From assembly GCA_035701245.1 (NCBI GenBank), contig DASSNV010000169.1, forward strand, positions 1 through 60,629: a DNA stretch of 60,629 bases, in the 5' to 3' direction. The translations under genes and the position numbers were made by a program. The notes below the pieces were generated by a model. It did not search any database. It was not told where the DNA came from and saw nothing but the letters and a program-made list of their open reading frames with translations. Source of the DNA: Gemmatimonadaceae bacterium. GTDB taxonomy: Bacteria; Gemmatimonadota; Gemmatimonadetes; Gemmatimonadales; Gemmatimonadaceae. Of this stretch, positions 18,101 through 26,921 are shown one piece after another (the first letter of the stretch is position 1; every line of letters starts with the position of its first letter).

Positions 18101-18436
18101 TTGGGTATCCCAACCGGCCTTGCGCGCGACGTGATTCCCGCGCATCGCGCGATAGCGGCAGAACAAGTCCTTTACGGTGCGCGCGAAGACGTGGTGGATT
18201 CCGGGCTTGCCGTTGGCCGTCGGCGGACCCTCGAAGAAGACGAACTCCGGCTTGCCTTCGCTGGCTGAAAGCGTCTGCTCGAAGAGCTTCTCCTCCTTCC
18301 AGAGAGCCAGCATCTCCTGCTCGAGGTCGTCGGGCGAGCGATCGGTTGGAAGCAGGCGAAAGTGACCGGATCTGTCACCTGCCTTGCCTTCTCCGCTTGC
18401 CCCCGCCGCGGGTCGCGCGGGGCGAACTGCGGTCAT
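15107..18436 (-). CDS. ileS: Isoleucine--tRNA ligase, type 2 (IleRS2)
   Basis: FFEGPPTANGKPGIHH, WTTTPWTL, EGIDQTRGWF, KMSKR, type-2 C-terminus GLARELVSRVQRLRK. Confidence 0.97.
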   Translation of the reverse strand: MTAVRPARPAAGASGEGKAGDRSGHFRLLPTDRSPDDLEQEMLALWKEEKLFEQTLSASEGKPEFVFFEGPPTANGKPGIHHVFARTVKDLFCRYRAMRGNHVARKAGWDTQGLPVEIEVEKRIESDFGIRTAKQQIEKIGVARFNEMCRESVWTYRADWEELSERIGYWLDYSDPYVTYSNDYIESVWWALATMFRRGRLYRGYKVLPYCARCGTTLSSHEVAQGYKDVKDPSAYVALDLVEEKSAATRRRILVWTTTPWTLVSNVALAINPDLEYVELRKRKGADDETIILAISRAAGVLGDDFADRWEVVRSFRGSQLVGKRYKRPLDWVEYPKGNHEIIVGESFVSAAEGTGVVHMAPAFGADDYAAGQRHGLAFLQPVDLRGEFPADTPLVGGMFVKDADPVILEELKRRGILWKSSLHEHSYPHCWRCETPLLYYARTSWFIRTTEFKDAMLVRNSRVDWHPVETGAGRFAGWLTDNIDWAVSRDRYWGTPLPIWLCDRDASHAEAVGGYAELAERTGKSLPADFDPHKPFIDDYTWKCSCGGTMSRTPEVIDAWFDSGSMPFAQWHFPFENRDKFERYYPADFIAEGIDQTRGWFYSLLAIATGLGEALPNNVLTHESHSENAVDTAPYRAVVVNDLVLDAEGRKMSKRLGNIIDPKSVIPRYGADAIRLFLTTSSQIWTSRRFDEAGIRDTAGRFLLTFKNVYTGIFAEYANFGWAPSKDDPAPSERPALDRWILSRLATIEAEADQQLERYEATNAAKAVMTFFDDDVSKWYVRQSRHRFYDVDRPDNRAAFATLHEVISVTCRLLAPFAPFVTDWVHRELTGTSVHLAPFKREHPGQIDVDLERAMSHIRTIATLGRAAREEAGVKVRQPLSRMVCVVPVPGVLYRGAAERAEALFEELSPLLAAELNIKKIEFISSAANLVTLKAKPNFRSLGKKFGKDTPLAAEAVQALGSDALRDFEAGKPLYVSVGNESRELSPEDLTIVRSASGDLVVKEEAGYFAALDPTVSRELRLEGLARELVSRVQRLRKELGFAVSDRITLSVAGGQEIQDAVNAFEKWIAAEVLAVKITVGEKIDETHATHSFDLDGQNVEVALERVG

Positions 18437-18954
18437 TCCTGGGACGATCCCGAGGAGTTCGAGCCCGCGCCCCGGAGCGTGCTCGCCACCACCTGCGAGT
18501 CGGACGCCTCGACCTCCGACAGCTGGCGGGCGATGAGGGTGCGCATCTGCGCCAGGTACGTGCGGCGTGAACGATCGAGATTGTCCAGCTCCTCTTCCAT
18601 CCGCCGCACGTCCGCGCGCGCCGACTCGACGATGCGCTCGCCCTCGGCCTGCGCCTCGCGCAGAATCAGCTGCGCCTCGCGCTCGGCTTGCTCACGCACC
18701 TCGCCCCGCAGCTGCTGCGCCGCGATGAGCGCGTCATTGAGCGCCTTGTCGCGCTCGCGAAACGCACGCAGCTGCTCGTGAAAGCTCCGCGCCTTGGCGT
18801 CGAGATCCTGGTTGATGCGGGTAAGTCGCTCCATCTCTTCCGCGACCTGATCCCTGAACTGATCGACGCGCGCCGGATTGTAGCCGCGCAGCGCGCGACC
18901 GAAGTCGTAGCGCCGCACGTCCAGTGGTGTGAGATGAAAGGCTTCGTCGATCAT
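18433..18954 (-). CDS. divIVA: DivIVA-domain protein
   Basis: LTPLDVRRYDFGRALRGYNPARVDQF followed by a long coiled coil. Confidence 0.9.
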   Translation of the reverse strand: MIDEAFHLTPLDVRRYDFGRALRGYNPARVDQFRDQVAEEMERLTRINQDLDAKARSFHEQLRAFRERDKALNDALIAAQQLRGEVREQAEREAQLILREAQAEGERIVESARADVRRMEEELDNLDRSRRTYLAQMRTLIARQLSEVEASDSQVVASTLRGAGSNSSGSSQE

Positions 18955-19634
18955 TTCTCCCTCGCTCCGAAGAGGGTGGTTCCAATTCGTACCATTGTCG
19001 CGCCTTCTTCTACAGCGATCTCGTAATCGTTCGACATTCCCATCGAAAGCTCCTCGGCCGGATGGCCAACGCCAACCAGCGCCGCGCGCGCTTCCCGCGC
19101 ATCCGCAAAAGTCCGCCGGAGCTGTGACTCAGTCGCAGTAAAGCTAGCCATTGTCATGACTCCCCGAATCCGGATGCCCGAAAGCGATACGAGCCGTTCC
19201 GCTTCCGGCAATAGCTCGGAGAGACTGTAGCCGCCCTTCGACTCTTCGCCCGAAAGGTTGAGCTCGAGAAGTGCGTCGACCGCCCGCCCGCGCGCTATGC
19301 CGAATGCACAGACGGCGTCGGCGAGCCGCGAACTGTCGAGTGAATGCAGCAGCACGAACTGCTCGAGCGCTTTCACCTTGTTGCGCTGAAGATGCCCGAT
19401 CAAATGCCAGCGCACCGGCACTTCGACACCGGCCATCTTCTTCAACGCTTCCTGAACCTTGTTCTCGCCGACGTCGTGCAGCCCGACGCTGTAGGCGGCG
19501 GAAACAGCATCAGGTCCGTGGGTCTTCGTCACAGCAACGATCCGCACCTGCTGACGATGCCCGCCCCGCGCCACGGCCGCGTCGATTCTGCTTCTGACTT
19601 CGGCGACGCGCTCCGCCAGGCCGGGAAAAGCCAT
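18951..19634 (-). CDS. yggS: YggS-family PLP homeostasis protein
   Basis: VAVTKT, GENKVQE, WHLIGHLQRNK, LSMGMSNDYEIAVEEGATMVRIG. Confidence 0.95.
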   Translation of the reverse strand: MAFPGLAERVAEVRSRIDAAVARGGHRQQVRIVAVTKTHGPDAVSAAYSVGLHDVGENKVQEALKKMAGVEVPVRWHLIGHLQRNKVKALEQFVLLHSLDSSRLADAVCAFGIARGRAVDALLELNLSGEESKGGYSLSELLPEAERLVSLSGIRIRGVMTMASFTATESQLRRTFADAREARAALVGVGHPAEELSMGMSNDYEIAVEEGATMVRIGTTLFGAREK

Positions 19635-19642
19635 AGCTGTGG

Positions 19643-19671
19643 AATTTAGCGGCTCGGGCGCCCGCGTTCAA
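19643..19671 (-). promoter_or_regulatory. Sigma70-type promoter TTGAAC-N17-TAAATT, probably leaderless, heading the yggS...cheB run
   Basis: -10 ends 8 nt before the yggS ATG; no SD. Confidence 0.6.
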
Positions 19672-19701
19672 TTCATCTCACGATGCGCCAACGACTTGGA
19701 G

Positions 19702-20199
19702 CTACGGTTGACGGTCCATGCCAAACGTTCGCGCCAACCGGTCGAGTATCCGCTCGTCAGGACCTTTCACCTTCACGTTCACCGCGCCGAGATACGCCGT
19801 CCCCGTAACCCGAATCACCCGCTCCCGGCTTGCCACCGACGGGCTCGCCTTTCCCTCGTACTTGAGGGTGAAACTGCCGAGCAGTGAATCGCCATCGCAC
19901 TCGACCGTGACATGCGGGGGAATGATGAGATCGATGCCGCCCATCACCGCGACGGCCTCGACCACCGAGAGGCCGTAGCCAATCTCCGCGTCTCTGAGAT
20001 CGAGCTCGACGTTGCCGAGCACCGCCAGCGCGCGAAACTGACGCGGCATTTCCCAGCGTCCCTTCCTTTCGTTGCTGCTGAGAAAAGACACAACGCCCGC
20101 TGCCGAGCGCGGCTGAGTCAGCCCGCCCGCCGAATACGCCGACGCGGGATCAGACGCCCGACCCGTCAAGCGATAGTCTTCCGGGTTGTATTCGCTCAT
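19702..20199 (-). CDS. LiaF/DUF2154-like (cell-envelope stress) domain protein
   Basis: AVLGNVELDLRDA...AVMGGIDLIIP...LGAVNVK beta-rich pattern. Confidence 0.7.
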   Translation of the reverse strand: MSEYNPEDYRLTGRASDPASAYSAGGLTQPRSAAGVVSFLSSNERKGRWEMPRQFRALAVLGNVELDLRDAEIGYGLSVVEAVAVMGGIDLIIPPHVTVECDGDSLLGSFTLKYEGKASPSVASRERVIRVTGTAYLGAVNVKVKGPDERILDRLARTFGMDRQP

Positions 20200-20253
20200 G
20201 CCGGCCCGGGGAATGAAAGTCCCTTACACTACGCCGCAGCTGCAGGAATGTGT

Positions 20254-21438
20254 TCAGCCAGAGCGTCCGAACAGTCGACCCAGCAGTTTCACGATGTTCT
20301 GCATGTTTCTGCTGATGTCGTTGAACATCACCGTCACGAAGAGCAGGCCGATGATCAGCAATCCACCCTTGAGAATCCGTTCGCGCGTCTGGGTGCTGAA
20401 CGCGCTCCCCTTGATGGTCTCCGCAACGTTGAGAAGAATCTGACCGCCGTCAAGAATCGGAATTGGCAGAAGGTTGAATACCGCGACGTTGATGCTTATC
20501 AGCGCGACCAGCAGCAGCAGTGTCTCGATGCCGTTGCGAGCCGCCTGCACCGAGACCTGGGCGATCGCGATTGGTCCGCCGAGATCCTTGACTCCCACGC
20601 CGTGGACGAGCGCTCCGAGGGCGGAAAAAATCTTGCTGCCGTTGTCGATCGTGAGGCCCCACGCCGCGCCGAGCGCTGCGCCGGCGGAGATCGGCGTGAA
20701 TGCCTCGGTGGCCATCACACCAATTCTCCCCACCTTTTCCTTCCTCCCCGTCGCCGGATCGACCACCGCTTCGGGGGCGGGGGTGACCGTGATGTGGACG
20801 GGTTGGCCTTTGCGCATCACTCCGAGATCGATCGGCCGTCCGGCTGCCGCACCGATGCTGTCGAGGAGCGTCTCCCAGCCCTGTAGCGGGTGCCCGTTCA
20901 ACGAGACGATGCTGTCACCGACCTGGATTCCCGCCGCAGCGGCGGGCTTGCCGGGTGTGACGGCAGCAGCGACCGGCACCAGCGTCGGCATCCCCGAGTG
21001 GAGCAGCAGGCCGGCGTAGATCACGTATGCGAGCAAGGCGTTCATGGTGACACCCGCAAGCATGATTACGAGACGCAGCACCAGCGGCTTGGACTCGAAC
21101 CAGCGCGATTCAGGAATGGGCTTCGGCCCGAATGGAATCATCGCGTTCGGATCGAAATCGTCTTTCTGGGTGGCCACCGTTGCGGAATTCTCGCTTCCGC
21201 CCTCGAGGAACGCCGTCGCTTCGTCCTCGCGCGAAGCCATGCGCACGTATCCGCCGAGCGGCAGCGCCGCGAGCACGTACTCTGTCTCCCCCCAGCGCTT
21301 CTTGAGCAGCGCCGGCCCGAATCCGATCGAAAACCTCGGCGCGTAGACGCCGGTGAGCTTTGCCGCAATGAAGTGTCCGAGCTCGTGCACGAATACGACG
21401 AGCCCGAAGACGATGATCGGAGCGAGCCAGCTCAGCAC
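20254..21438 (-). CDS. rseP: RIP metalloprotease RseP
   Basis: HELGH, FSIGFGP, PLGGYVRM, PDZ, NLLPIPILDGG; GTG start 21438. Confidence 0.94.
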   Translation of the reverse strand: MLSWLAPIIVFGLVVFVHELGHFIAAKLTGVYAPRFSIGFGPALLKKRWGETEYVLAALPLGGYVRMASREDEATAFLEGGSENSATVATQKDDFDPNAMIPFGPKPIPESRWFESKPLVLRLVIMLAGVTMNALLAYVIYAGLLLHSGMPTLVPVAAAVTPGKPAAAAGIQVGDSIVSLNGHPLQGWETLLDSIGAAAGRPIDLGVMRKGQPVHITVTPAPEAVVDPATGRKEKVGRIGVMATEAFTPISAGAALGAAWGLTIDNGSKIFSALGALVHGVGVKDLGGPIAIAQVSVQAARNGIETLLLLVALISINVAVFNLLPIPILDGGQILLNVAETIKGSAFSTQTRERILKGGLLIIGLLFVTVMFNDISRNMQNIVKLLGRLFGRSG

Positions 21439-22580
21439 CCGAACATCTCCTTCACATGACGCCGCGCGGAAGCATCGGCGGCGAGCAGCTCCTCGCGCGA
21501 GCCACCGGGCAAAGCGCCGAGCCTGTCGAGCGCCGACGAAATCGCGCGCGGGATGTCGGCGAAGCGGATCCTGCCGCCGAGGAAGGCAGCAACGGCGCAC
21601 TCGTTGGCGGCGTTGAATACCGCCGGCGCGGCTCCGCCCGCGATTCCAGCCGCAACTCCCAGCCGCAGCGCCGGAAAACGCTCGTGATTCACGGGCTCGT
21701 AGGTCATCGGTGAAAGCTTGACGGGGTCGAAGGCTGGTACCCCGTTGTCCGGTACTCGCTCCGGATGGGTGAGTGCGTAAAGCACCGGCAGCTCCATCGT
21801 CGGGACGCTCATCTGCGCCACGACGCTGCCGTCGATGAACTCGACGAAAGAGTGAACTACGCTCTGCGGGTGGACTACGACTTCGATGTTCTCGTACGGC
21901 AGACCGAACAGAAAATGCGCCTCGATTACCTCGAGCGCCTTGTTGGCGAGCGTCGCGCTGTCGATGGTGATCTTCTTTCCCATCCGCCACGTCGGATGAC
22001 GCAGCGCGTCTTCCACGGTCGCCGAAGCCAGTCGCTCGTCGCTCCAGTCGCGGAAAGGTCCACCGGATGCGGTGAGCACGACGCGTCGCACCTGCGCCGT
22101 CGGGTGACCGGTGATGCATTGCAGGATCGCGCTGTGCTCGCTGTCGACGGGCACCACTTCCCCGCTCCCCGTGCCGCATGCCTTGCGCACGAGGTCGCCG
22201 GCGATGACCAGCGTCTCCTTGTTCGCCAGCGCCACGCGCTTCCCGCCCTCCAGGGCGGCGAGCGTGGCGTCCAGTCCCGCCGCGCCGACGATCGCGTTCA
22301 GCACGATGTCGACGTCGTCGCGGGTCGCGGCGGTGATCAGCGCTTCGGTGCCACTCTGCCACGCATCATCGGCGTCGGGCTGGGACTCGACCATTCCGAC
22401 AAACGCCGGTGAAAATTGCCGAGCCTGCTCGCGCAGCAGCGCCCCATTGCTGTTCGCGGTGAGCGCACGAACGCTGAAGCGCTGGCGCTGTCGGTCGAGA
22501 ACCCGGAGCGCTGTCGTTCCGATGGAGCCCGTCGACCCGAGCACCGCCACACCTTTCTGGTGCGCGGCGGCCGGCGTCAT
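21432..22580 (-). CDS. dxr: 1-deoxy-D-xylulose-5-phosphate reductoisomerase
   Basis: LGSTGSIG, LANKE, PVDSEH, TASGGPF, HPTWRMGKKITIDSA, NAANE. Confidence 0.97.
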   Translation of the reverse strand: MTPAAAHQKGVAVLGSTGSIGTTALRVLDRQRQRFSVRALTANSNGALLREQARQFSPAFVGMVESQPDADDAWQSGTEALITAATRDDVDIVLNAIVGAAGLDATLAALEGGKRVALANKETLVIAGDLVRKACGTGSGEVVPVDSEHSAILQCITGHPTAQVRRVVLTASGGPFRDWSDERLASATVEDALRHPTWRMGKKITIDSATLANKALEVIEAHFLFGLPYENIEVVVHPQSVVHSFVEFIDGSVVAQMSVPTMELPVLYALTHPERVPDNGVPAFDPVKLSPMTYEPVNHERFPALRLGVAAGIAGGAAPAVFNAANECAVAAFLGGRIRFADIPRAISSALDRLGALPGGSREELLAADASARRHVKEMFGC

Positions 22581-23431
22581 CGCGGGACCGGCAGCAGCAG
22601 CCGCCCCAGCAACAGGAATGCGATCGGCATCACGAACAGCAGACTGTCGAACCGATCGAGAATCCCGCCGTGACCGGGAATGATGCGCGAGCTGTCCTTG
22701 ATGCCCGCTTCGCGCTTGAGCAGCGACTCGGCGAGATCGCCCGTCTGTGCGGCGACGCTGACCACGATCGCGAACAAGACTGCGCCCTGGATCGTGAGTC
22801 CGAGCTGGGCGTACGGCATCAGAATGAATCGGACGTAGAGCAGACAGATCACTATCGCGAGACCGAGACCTCCCACCGCACCTTCTACGGTCTTACCGGG
22901 GCTGATCGATGGAATGAGCTTCTTGTGCCCGAAGGTGCGCCCGAACATGTAGGCGCCGATGTCGGTCGCCCAGGTCAGCAGCACGGGAAGAAGCACCAGT
23001 GCCGTTCCCGCGGCAGCGCCGACGGCGTAGTTGTGGTAGCGAAGCGCGTAGATGTACGAGAACAGTCCCGCGTACATGACGCCGAAGATGGTGATCGCAA
23101 CCGATGCGAGCGGCTTCCCCGCCGGTCCCCTCAGCCAGATGGTGCTCGCAAAGAGCAGAAGTGCCATCGCCACAATCACCGTCAGCGAAAGCGTATACAC
23201 TCCCAGCCGCTGCGCATGCACCGCGATCGGCAACAGCGCAGCGAGGGCGATTCCCGCCGGCTCGAGCGCCATCACCCCGGACTCACGTCCCATGCGATAC
23301 AGCTCCCAGGCCGCGAGCGCGGCCAGAACGGAGAGCAGAATTGCGAGCGCCCAGTCACCGAAATACACGATTGCGATCGCGATCGGCGCGGCAATAACCG
23401 CGAATAAAACGCGCCGTGTCAGCTCGGACAC
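22577..23431 (-). CDS. cdsA: Phosphatidate cytidylyltransferase
   Basis: ISPGKTVEG, GDLAESLLKREAGIKDS, PGHGGILDRFDS. Confidence 0.96.
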   Translation of the reverse strand: MSELTRRVLFAVIAAPIAIAIVYFGDWALAILLSVLAALAAWELYRMGRESGVMALEPAGIALAALLPIAVHAQRLGVYTLSLTVIVAMALLLFASTIWLRGPAGKPLASVAITIFGVMYAGLFSYIYALRYHNYAVGAAAGTALVLLPVLLTWATDIGAYMFGRTFGHKKLIPSISPGKTVEGAVGGLGLAIVICLLYVRFILMPYAQLGLTIQGAVLFAIVVSVAAQTGDLAESLLKREAGIKDSSRIIPGHGGILDRFDSLLFVMPIAFLLLGRLLLPVPR

Positions 23432-23434
23432 GGC

Positions 23435-23989
23435 TCAGACTTCCATGATTTCTGCTTCTTTCGCCTTCAGCAGCTCATCGATCTTGCCGATGTAGTCGTC
23501 GTGGAGTTTCTGAAGCTCTTTCTCCGCGCGCTTCTGCTCGTCCTCTGAAGTCTTCTCGAGATGCTTGAGCTGGTCTCGTGCCCCGGTCCTGGCGTGCCTG
23601 ATTCCGATGCGGGCTTCCTCGGCCAGCTTGTGTACCACTTTCACCAGCTCCTTGCGCCGCTGCTCGTTCAACGCGGGCAATGGAACTCTTATCACCCCCG
23701 ACTGGGTCTGGGGATTGAGGCCGAGGTCGGATTCGCGCAGTGCCTTTTCGATTGCATGGGTCAGCCCCTTGTCCCACGGCGTCACGGTAAGCAGCCGCGG
23801 CTCCGGCGCCGAGACGCTGGCGACCTGGTTGATCGGCATTTGCTGTCCGTAGGCATCGACGCGGATGGTGTCGAGAAGATTGACCGTCGCCTTGCCAGTT
23901 CGAATCGACGCCAGCTCGCGCTTGGACGACTCGAGTGATTTCTCCATCGCGGTCCGGCAGTCCTTGGTGATCTGAGGAATTGTCGTCAT
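23435..23989 (-). CDS. frr: Ribosome recycling factor
   Basis: IRTGKA, DAYG, PWDK, RRKELVK. Confidence 0.97.
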   Translation of the reverse strand: MTTIPQITKDCRTAMEKSLESSKRELASIRTGKATVNLLDTIRVDAYGQQMPINQVASVSAPEPRLLTVTPWDKGLTHAIEKALRESDLGLNPQTQSGVIRVPLPALNEQRRKELVKVVHKLAEEARIGIRHARTGARDQLKHLEKTSEDEQKRAEKELQKLHDDYIGKIDELLKAKEAEIMEV

Positions 23990-24699
23990 TGTACGATCGT
24001 TCCGACGCGCTCGCCCAGCAGCGCCTTCGCAACCTCTCCGTGACGGTGAATGTTGAGTACGATGATCGGGAGCTTGTTCTCCTTGCAGAGAGTGATGGCC
24101 GTCTGGTCCATCACACCTAGCTCGTTGACCATGACATCGCGGTAGCTGATCTCGGTAAAGCGCGTCGCATCCGGATCGCGCTTGGGGTCGGCGCTGTAAA
24201 CGCCGTCGACGCTCGTCGCCTTGATGATGACGTCGGCGTGGATCTGGATCGCTCGCAGCGCGGCCGCTGTATCGGTGGAAAAATAGGGGTTGCCGGTCCC
24301 GGCGGCGAAGATGACGACGCGTCCTTTTTCGAAGTGCCGCATCGCGCGGCGTCTGATGAACGGCTCGGCGATCGATTCCATCGCGATCGCAGTCATGACG
24401 CGCGTTTCGAGCTCCGCCTTCTCGAGCACATCCTGCAGCGCGAGCGCGTTGATGACGGTGCCGAGCATCCCCATGTAGTCGGCGCCGGCGCGTTCCATTC
24501 CCATCTTCGACAGCTGCACCCCGCGGACGATGTTGCCGCCCCCGATCACCAGCCCCACGCTCGCGCCCATCTTGGCGATGTCACTGATCTCGGTGGCGAG
24601 CCGTTTCAGAATCTCGAAGTCGAAACCGGTGGCCTTTTTCCCGGCGAGGGCTTCGCCGGAAATTTTGAGGAGGACGCGGTTGTACTTGAGGTCGGGCAA
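23986..24699 (-). CDS. pyrH: UMP kinase
   Basis: LLKISGEAL, GGGNIVRG, DYMGML, GNPYFSTD, DGVYSADP. Confidence 0.97.
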   Translation of the reverse strand: MPDLKYNRVLLKISGEALAGKKATGFDFEILKRLATEISDIAKMGASVGLVIGGGNIVRGVQLSKMGMERAGADYMGMLGTVINALALQDVLEKAELETRVMTAIAMESIAEPFIRRRAMRHFEKGRVVIFAAGTGNPYFSTDTAAALRAIQIHADVIIKATSVDGVYSADPKRDPDATRFTEISYRDVMVNELGVMDQTAITLCKENKLPIIVLNIHRHGEVAKALLGERVGTIVQ

Positions 24700-24729
24700 G
24701 TCGGAGTTGGGTGAACGGTCTAGGAAATA

Positions 24730-24923
24730 AACTGCAACTGAACGGGTGCCAGACGTCAGTAGCGTAGTTGCGCGCTGTTAGTTAACGACGTCGGGATGTC
24801 ACTACTCGACTTACGGCACATGCAGCTGCTTGTAGCGTCAATCGTTCTGGTGACGTCCCGACGTCGTGAACGGATAACTGACATCTGCGCTCTCTGACGT
24901 CTGGCACCCGTTCGTTTGCAGTT
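24730..24923. repeat. Two-armed palindromic intergenic repeat, copy A (REPIN-like)
   Basis: Outer IR AACTGCAACTGAACGGGTGCCAGACGTCAG...CTGACGTCTGGCACCCGTTCGTTTGCAGTT; inner IR ACGACGTCGGGATGTCAC...GTGACGTCCCGACGTCGT; homologous to 39048 and 55422. Confidence 0.85.
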
Positions 24924-24954
24924 GGCAAGCCGGAGTGGCTCGAGTTGCCTGGTT

Positions 24955-25566
24955 CTACTCTTCCCCCATCTGGAACCTGACGAACCTTCTCACCTGGATG
25001 TTCTCTCCAACCTTCGCCGACGCTTCCTTGATCAGATCGCCGATCGTCTTCTTCGGCTCCCGGATCCAGGCCTGGTGGACCAGCGCGACATCCTTGTAGT
25101 ACGCCTCGATCTTGCCGGCGACGATCTTCTCGATCAGGTGATCGGGCTTGCCGCTCTCCCTGACCTGCTCGACGAAGATGCGCTTCTCCTTCTCGACCTT
25201 GTCGGCCGGAACCTGATCCTTGTCGACCGCAACCGGAGCCGCGGCCGCGATGTGCTCGGCGATGTACTTCACCAGCTGCTTGAAGTCGTCGGTGCGCGCG
25301 ACGAAGTCCGTCTCGCAGTTCACTTCCACCATCACGCCGACCTTCGCGTTGTGGTGGATGTAGCTGCCGATCACGCCCTCGCTGGTCTGCTTGCCGACGC
25401 GCTTCTCCGCCTTGGCGATTCCCTTGGCGCGAAGGTACTCGACGGCCTTGTCCATGTCGCCATTGGTTTCCTCGAGCGCCTTCTTGCATTCCATCATCCC
25501 CGCGCCGGTCTTCTGGCGCAGTGACTGGACATCCTTCGCGGTGAACTTCTCTTTGGTCATTGTCAT
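24955..25566 (-). CDS. tsf: Elongation factor Ts (short form, ~203 aa)
   Basis: LRQKTGAGMMECKKAL, VEVNCETDFVA; start at ATG 25566. Confidence 0.97.
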   Translation of the reverse strand: MTMTKEKFTAKDVQSLRQKTGAGMMECKKALEETNGDMDKAVEYLRAKGIAKAEKRVGKQTSEGVIGSYIHHNAKVGVMVEVNCETDFVARTDDFKQLVKYIAEHIAAAAPVAVDKDQVPADKVEKEKRIFVEQVRESGKPDHLIEKIVAGKIEAYYKDVALVHQAWIREPKKTIGDLIKEASAKVGENIQVRRFVRFQMGEE

Positions 25567-25581
25567 ATATCGTATCTCGTT

Positions 25582-25610
25582 AAAACGCCGCCGGAGTTCT
25601 CCGGCGGCGT
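25582..25610 (-). terminator. GC-rich hairpin with short U-tract between rpsB and tsf (attenuator-like)
   Basis: Perfect inverted repeat ACGCCGCCGGAG/CTCCGGCGGCGT followed by T-run on the minus strand. Confidence 0.65.
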
Positions 25611-25615
25611 GAAAG

Positions 25616-26509
25616 TTAACCTTCCTGCTCGGTCTCGGTGGCTTCCTCTGCTCCGCCACCTTCGTCGCCGCCTGTCTTGAGCCGCGCGGCAATCGCTTCG
25701 GGCTTCGCCCGTCGCCTGCGTGGCCGTCTCTTTCTCTTCTTGTCGCCCTCGCCCTCGGGCTCCGCGCCGCGATCGGAGCTGTAGGTGTACGATTCGGCCT
25801 CCTCGACTTCCTCGCGTACCGGTGCCTCTCTCCGAGCCTCGACGATCGCATCGGCAATCGCCTTGGTCATCAGCTCGACGGAGCGGATCGCGTCATCGTT
25901 GCCGGCGATCGGAACGGTGATCAGATCGGGATCGGCGTTGGTGTCGACCAGCGCGATGATCGGAATGTTCAGCTTGTTGGCCTCGTTGACCGCGATGCGC
26001 TCCTTCTTGGAGTCGATCACGAACATGAGTCCGGGCAGTCTCGTAAGGTTCTTGATACCAGCAAGGTTCTTTGAAAGCTTGTCGCGCTGACGTGACATCA
26101 TCAGCTGCTCTTTCTTGGTGTAGTTCTCGAAATCACCGCCGGCCTCGGACCCAGCTTCCAGCTCCTTCAGGCGGCGAACCTGCTTCTTCACCGTCTGGAA
26201 GTTGGTCAGCAGTCCACCCAGCCATCTCTCGGTCACGTACATCGCTCCGCAACGCTCGGCCTCGCTCTTCACGATATTGACGAGCTGGCGCTTGGTGCAG
26301 ACGAAGAGGACGTTGTCGCCACGAAGGATGACTTCGCGGGCGAGCTTCTGAGCCAGCTCCAGCTGACGCAGCGTCTTCTGCAGGTCGATGATGTGAATGC
26401 CGTTGCGCTCGGCGAAGATGAAACGACGCATCTTCGGGTTCCAGCGGCGGGTCTGGTGTCCGAAGTGGACACCGGCTTCGAGTAGCTGCTCCAGGTTTGG
26501 CTGAGCCAT
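25616..26509 (-). CDS. rpsB: 30S ribosomal protein S2
   Basis: [44 protein letters not shown]; start at ATG 26509. Confidence 0.98.
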   Translation of the reverse strand: MAQPNLEQLLEAGVHFGHQTRRWNPKMRRFIFAERNGIHIIDLQKTLRQLELAQKLAREVILRGDNVLFVCTKRQLVNIVKSEAERCGAMYVTERWLGGLLTNFQTVKKQVRRLKELEAGSEAGGDFENYTKKEQLMMSRQRDKLSKNLAGIKNLTRLPGLMFVIDSKKERIAVNEANKLNIPIIALVDTNADPDLITVPIAGNDDAIRSVELMTKAIADAIVEARREAPVREEVEEAESYTYSSDRGAEPEGEGDKKRKRRPRRRRAKPEAIAARLKTGGDEGGGAEEATETEQEG

Positions 26510-26528
26510 TAAGTAGTGATTCCTTCGG

Positions 26529-26921
26529 TTAACGCTTCGAGAACTGGAATTTCTTTCTTGCCTTCGGACGGCCGGGCTTCTTGCGCTCGACAGCGCGTGC
26601 ATCGCGGGTCAGGAGCTGCAGATCGCGCAGCTTCCGACGGTGCGCTTCATCGATCTTGACGAGGGCGCGGGCAACGGCAAGACGCAGCGCGCCTGCCTGT
26701 CCGGTGAGCCCACCGCCTTCGACCTTCGCTTTTACATCATAGCGGCCAAGCGTGTCCGTGATGGTGAACGGCTGCTGGATCGCCGAGACGTGCGCGGGAC
26801 GCGGGAAATAATCTCCGAGGGTGCGGCCGTTGACCGACCACTTGCCCGAGCCCGGCTTGATGTAGAGACGGCAGACGGCTTCCTTGCGCCGGCCGATCGT
26901 ATGGGTGTTGTCAGACGCCAT
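26529..26921 (-). CDS. rpsI: 30S ribosomal protein S9
   Basis: [23 protein letters not shown]...QFSKR. Confidence 0.98.
   Translation of the reverse strand: MASDNTHTIGRRKEAVCRLYIKPGSGKWSVNGRTLGDYFPRPAHVSAIQQPFTITDTLGRYDVKAKVEGGGLTGQAGALRLAVARALVKIDEAHRRKLRDLQLLTRDARAVERKKPGRPKARKKFQFSKR

Noticed and set aside
16568-18268. Long plus-strand ORFs antisense to real genes (also 446..1543, 10904..12220, 30169..31539, 34935..36599, 43206..44294)
   Set aside because: Shadow frames expected from high-GC codon bias; no recognisable motifs and fully overlapped by well-supported genes.
20254-22362. N-terminally extended ORF-track versions of rseP, cheR, lspA, tsf, rpsB, aroA, dapD and asd suggesting fusions
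   Set aside because: The extensions are Arg/Gly-rich off-frame readings of the upstream gene; downstream starts fit overlap geometry and family length.
24730-24923. Repeat copies as CRISPR array or integron attC sites
   Set aside because: Copies are dispersed and inverted, not tandem with spacers; no cas or integrase genes; flanking genes are core genes, not cassettes.
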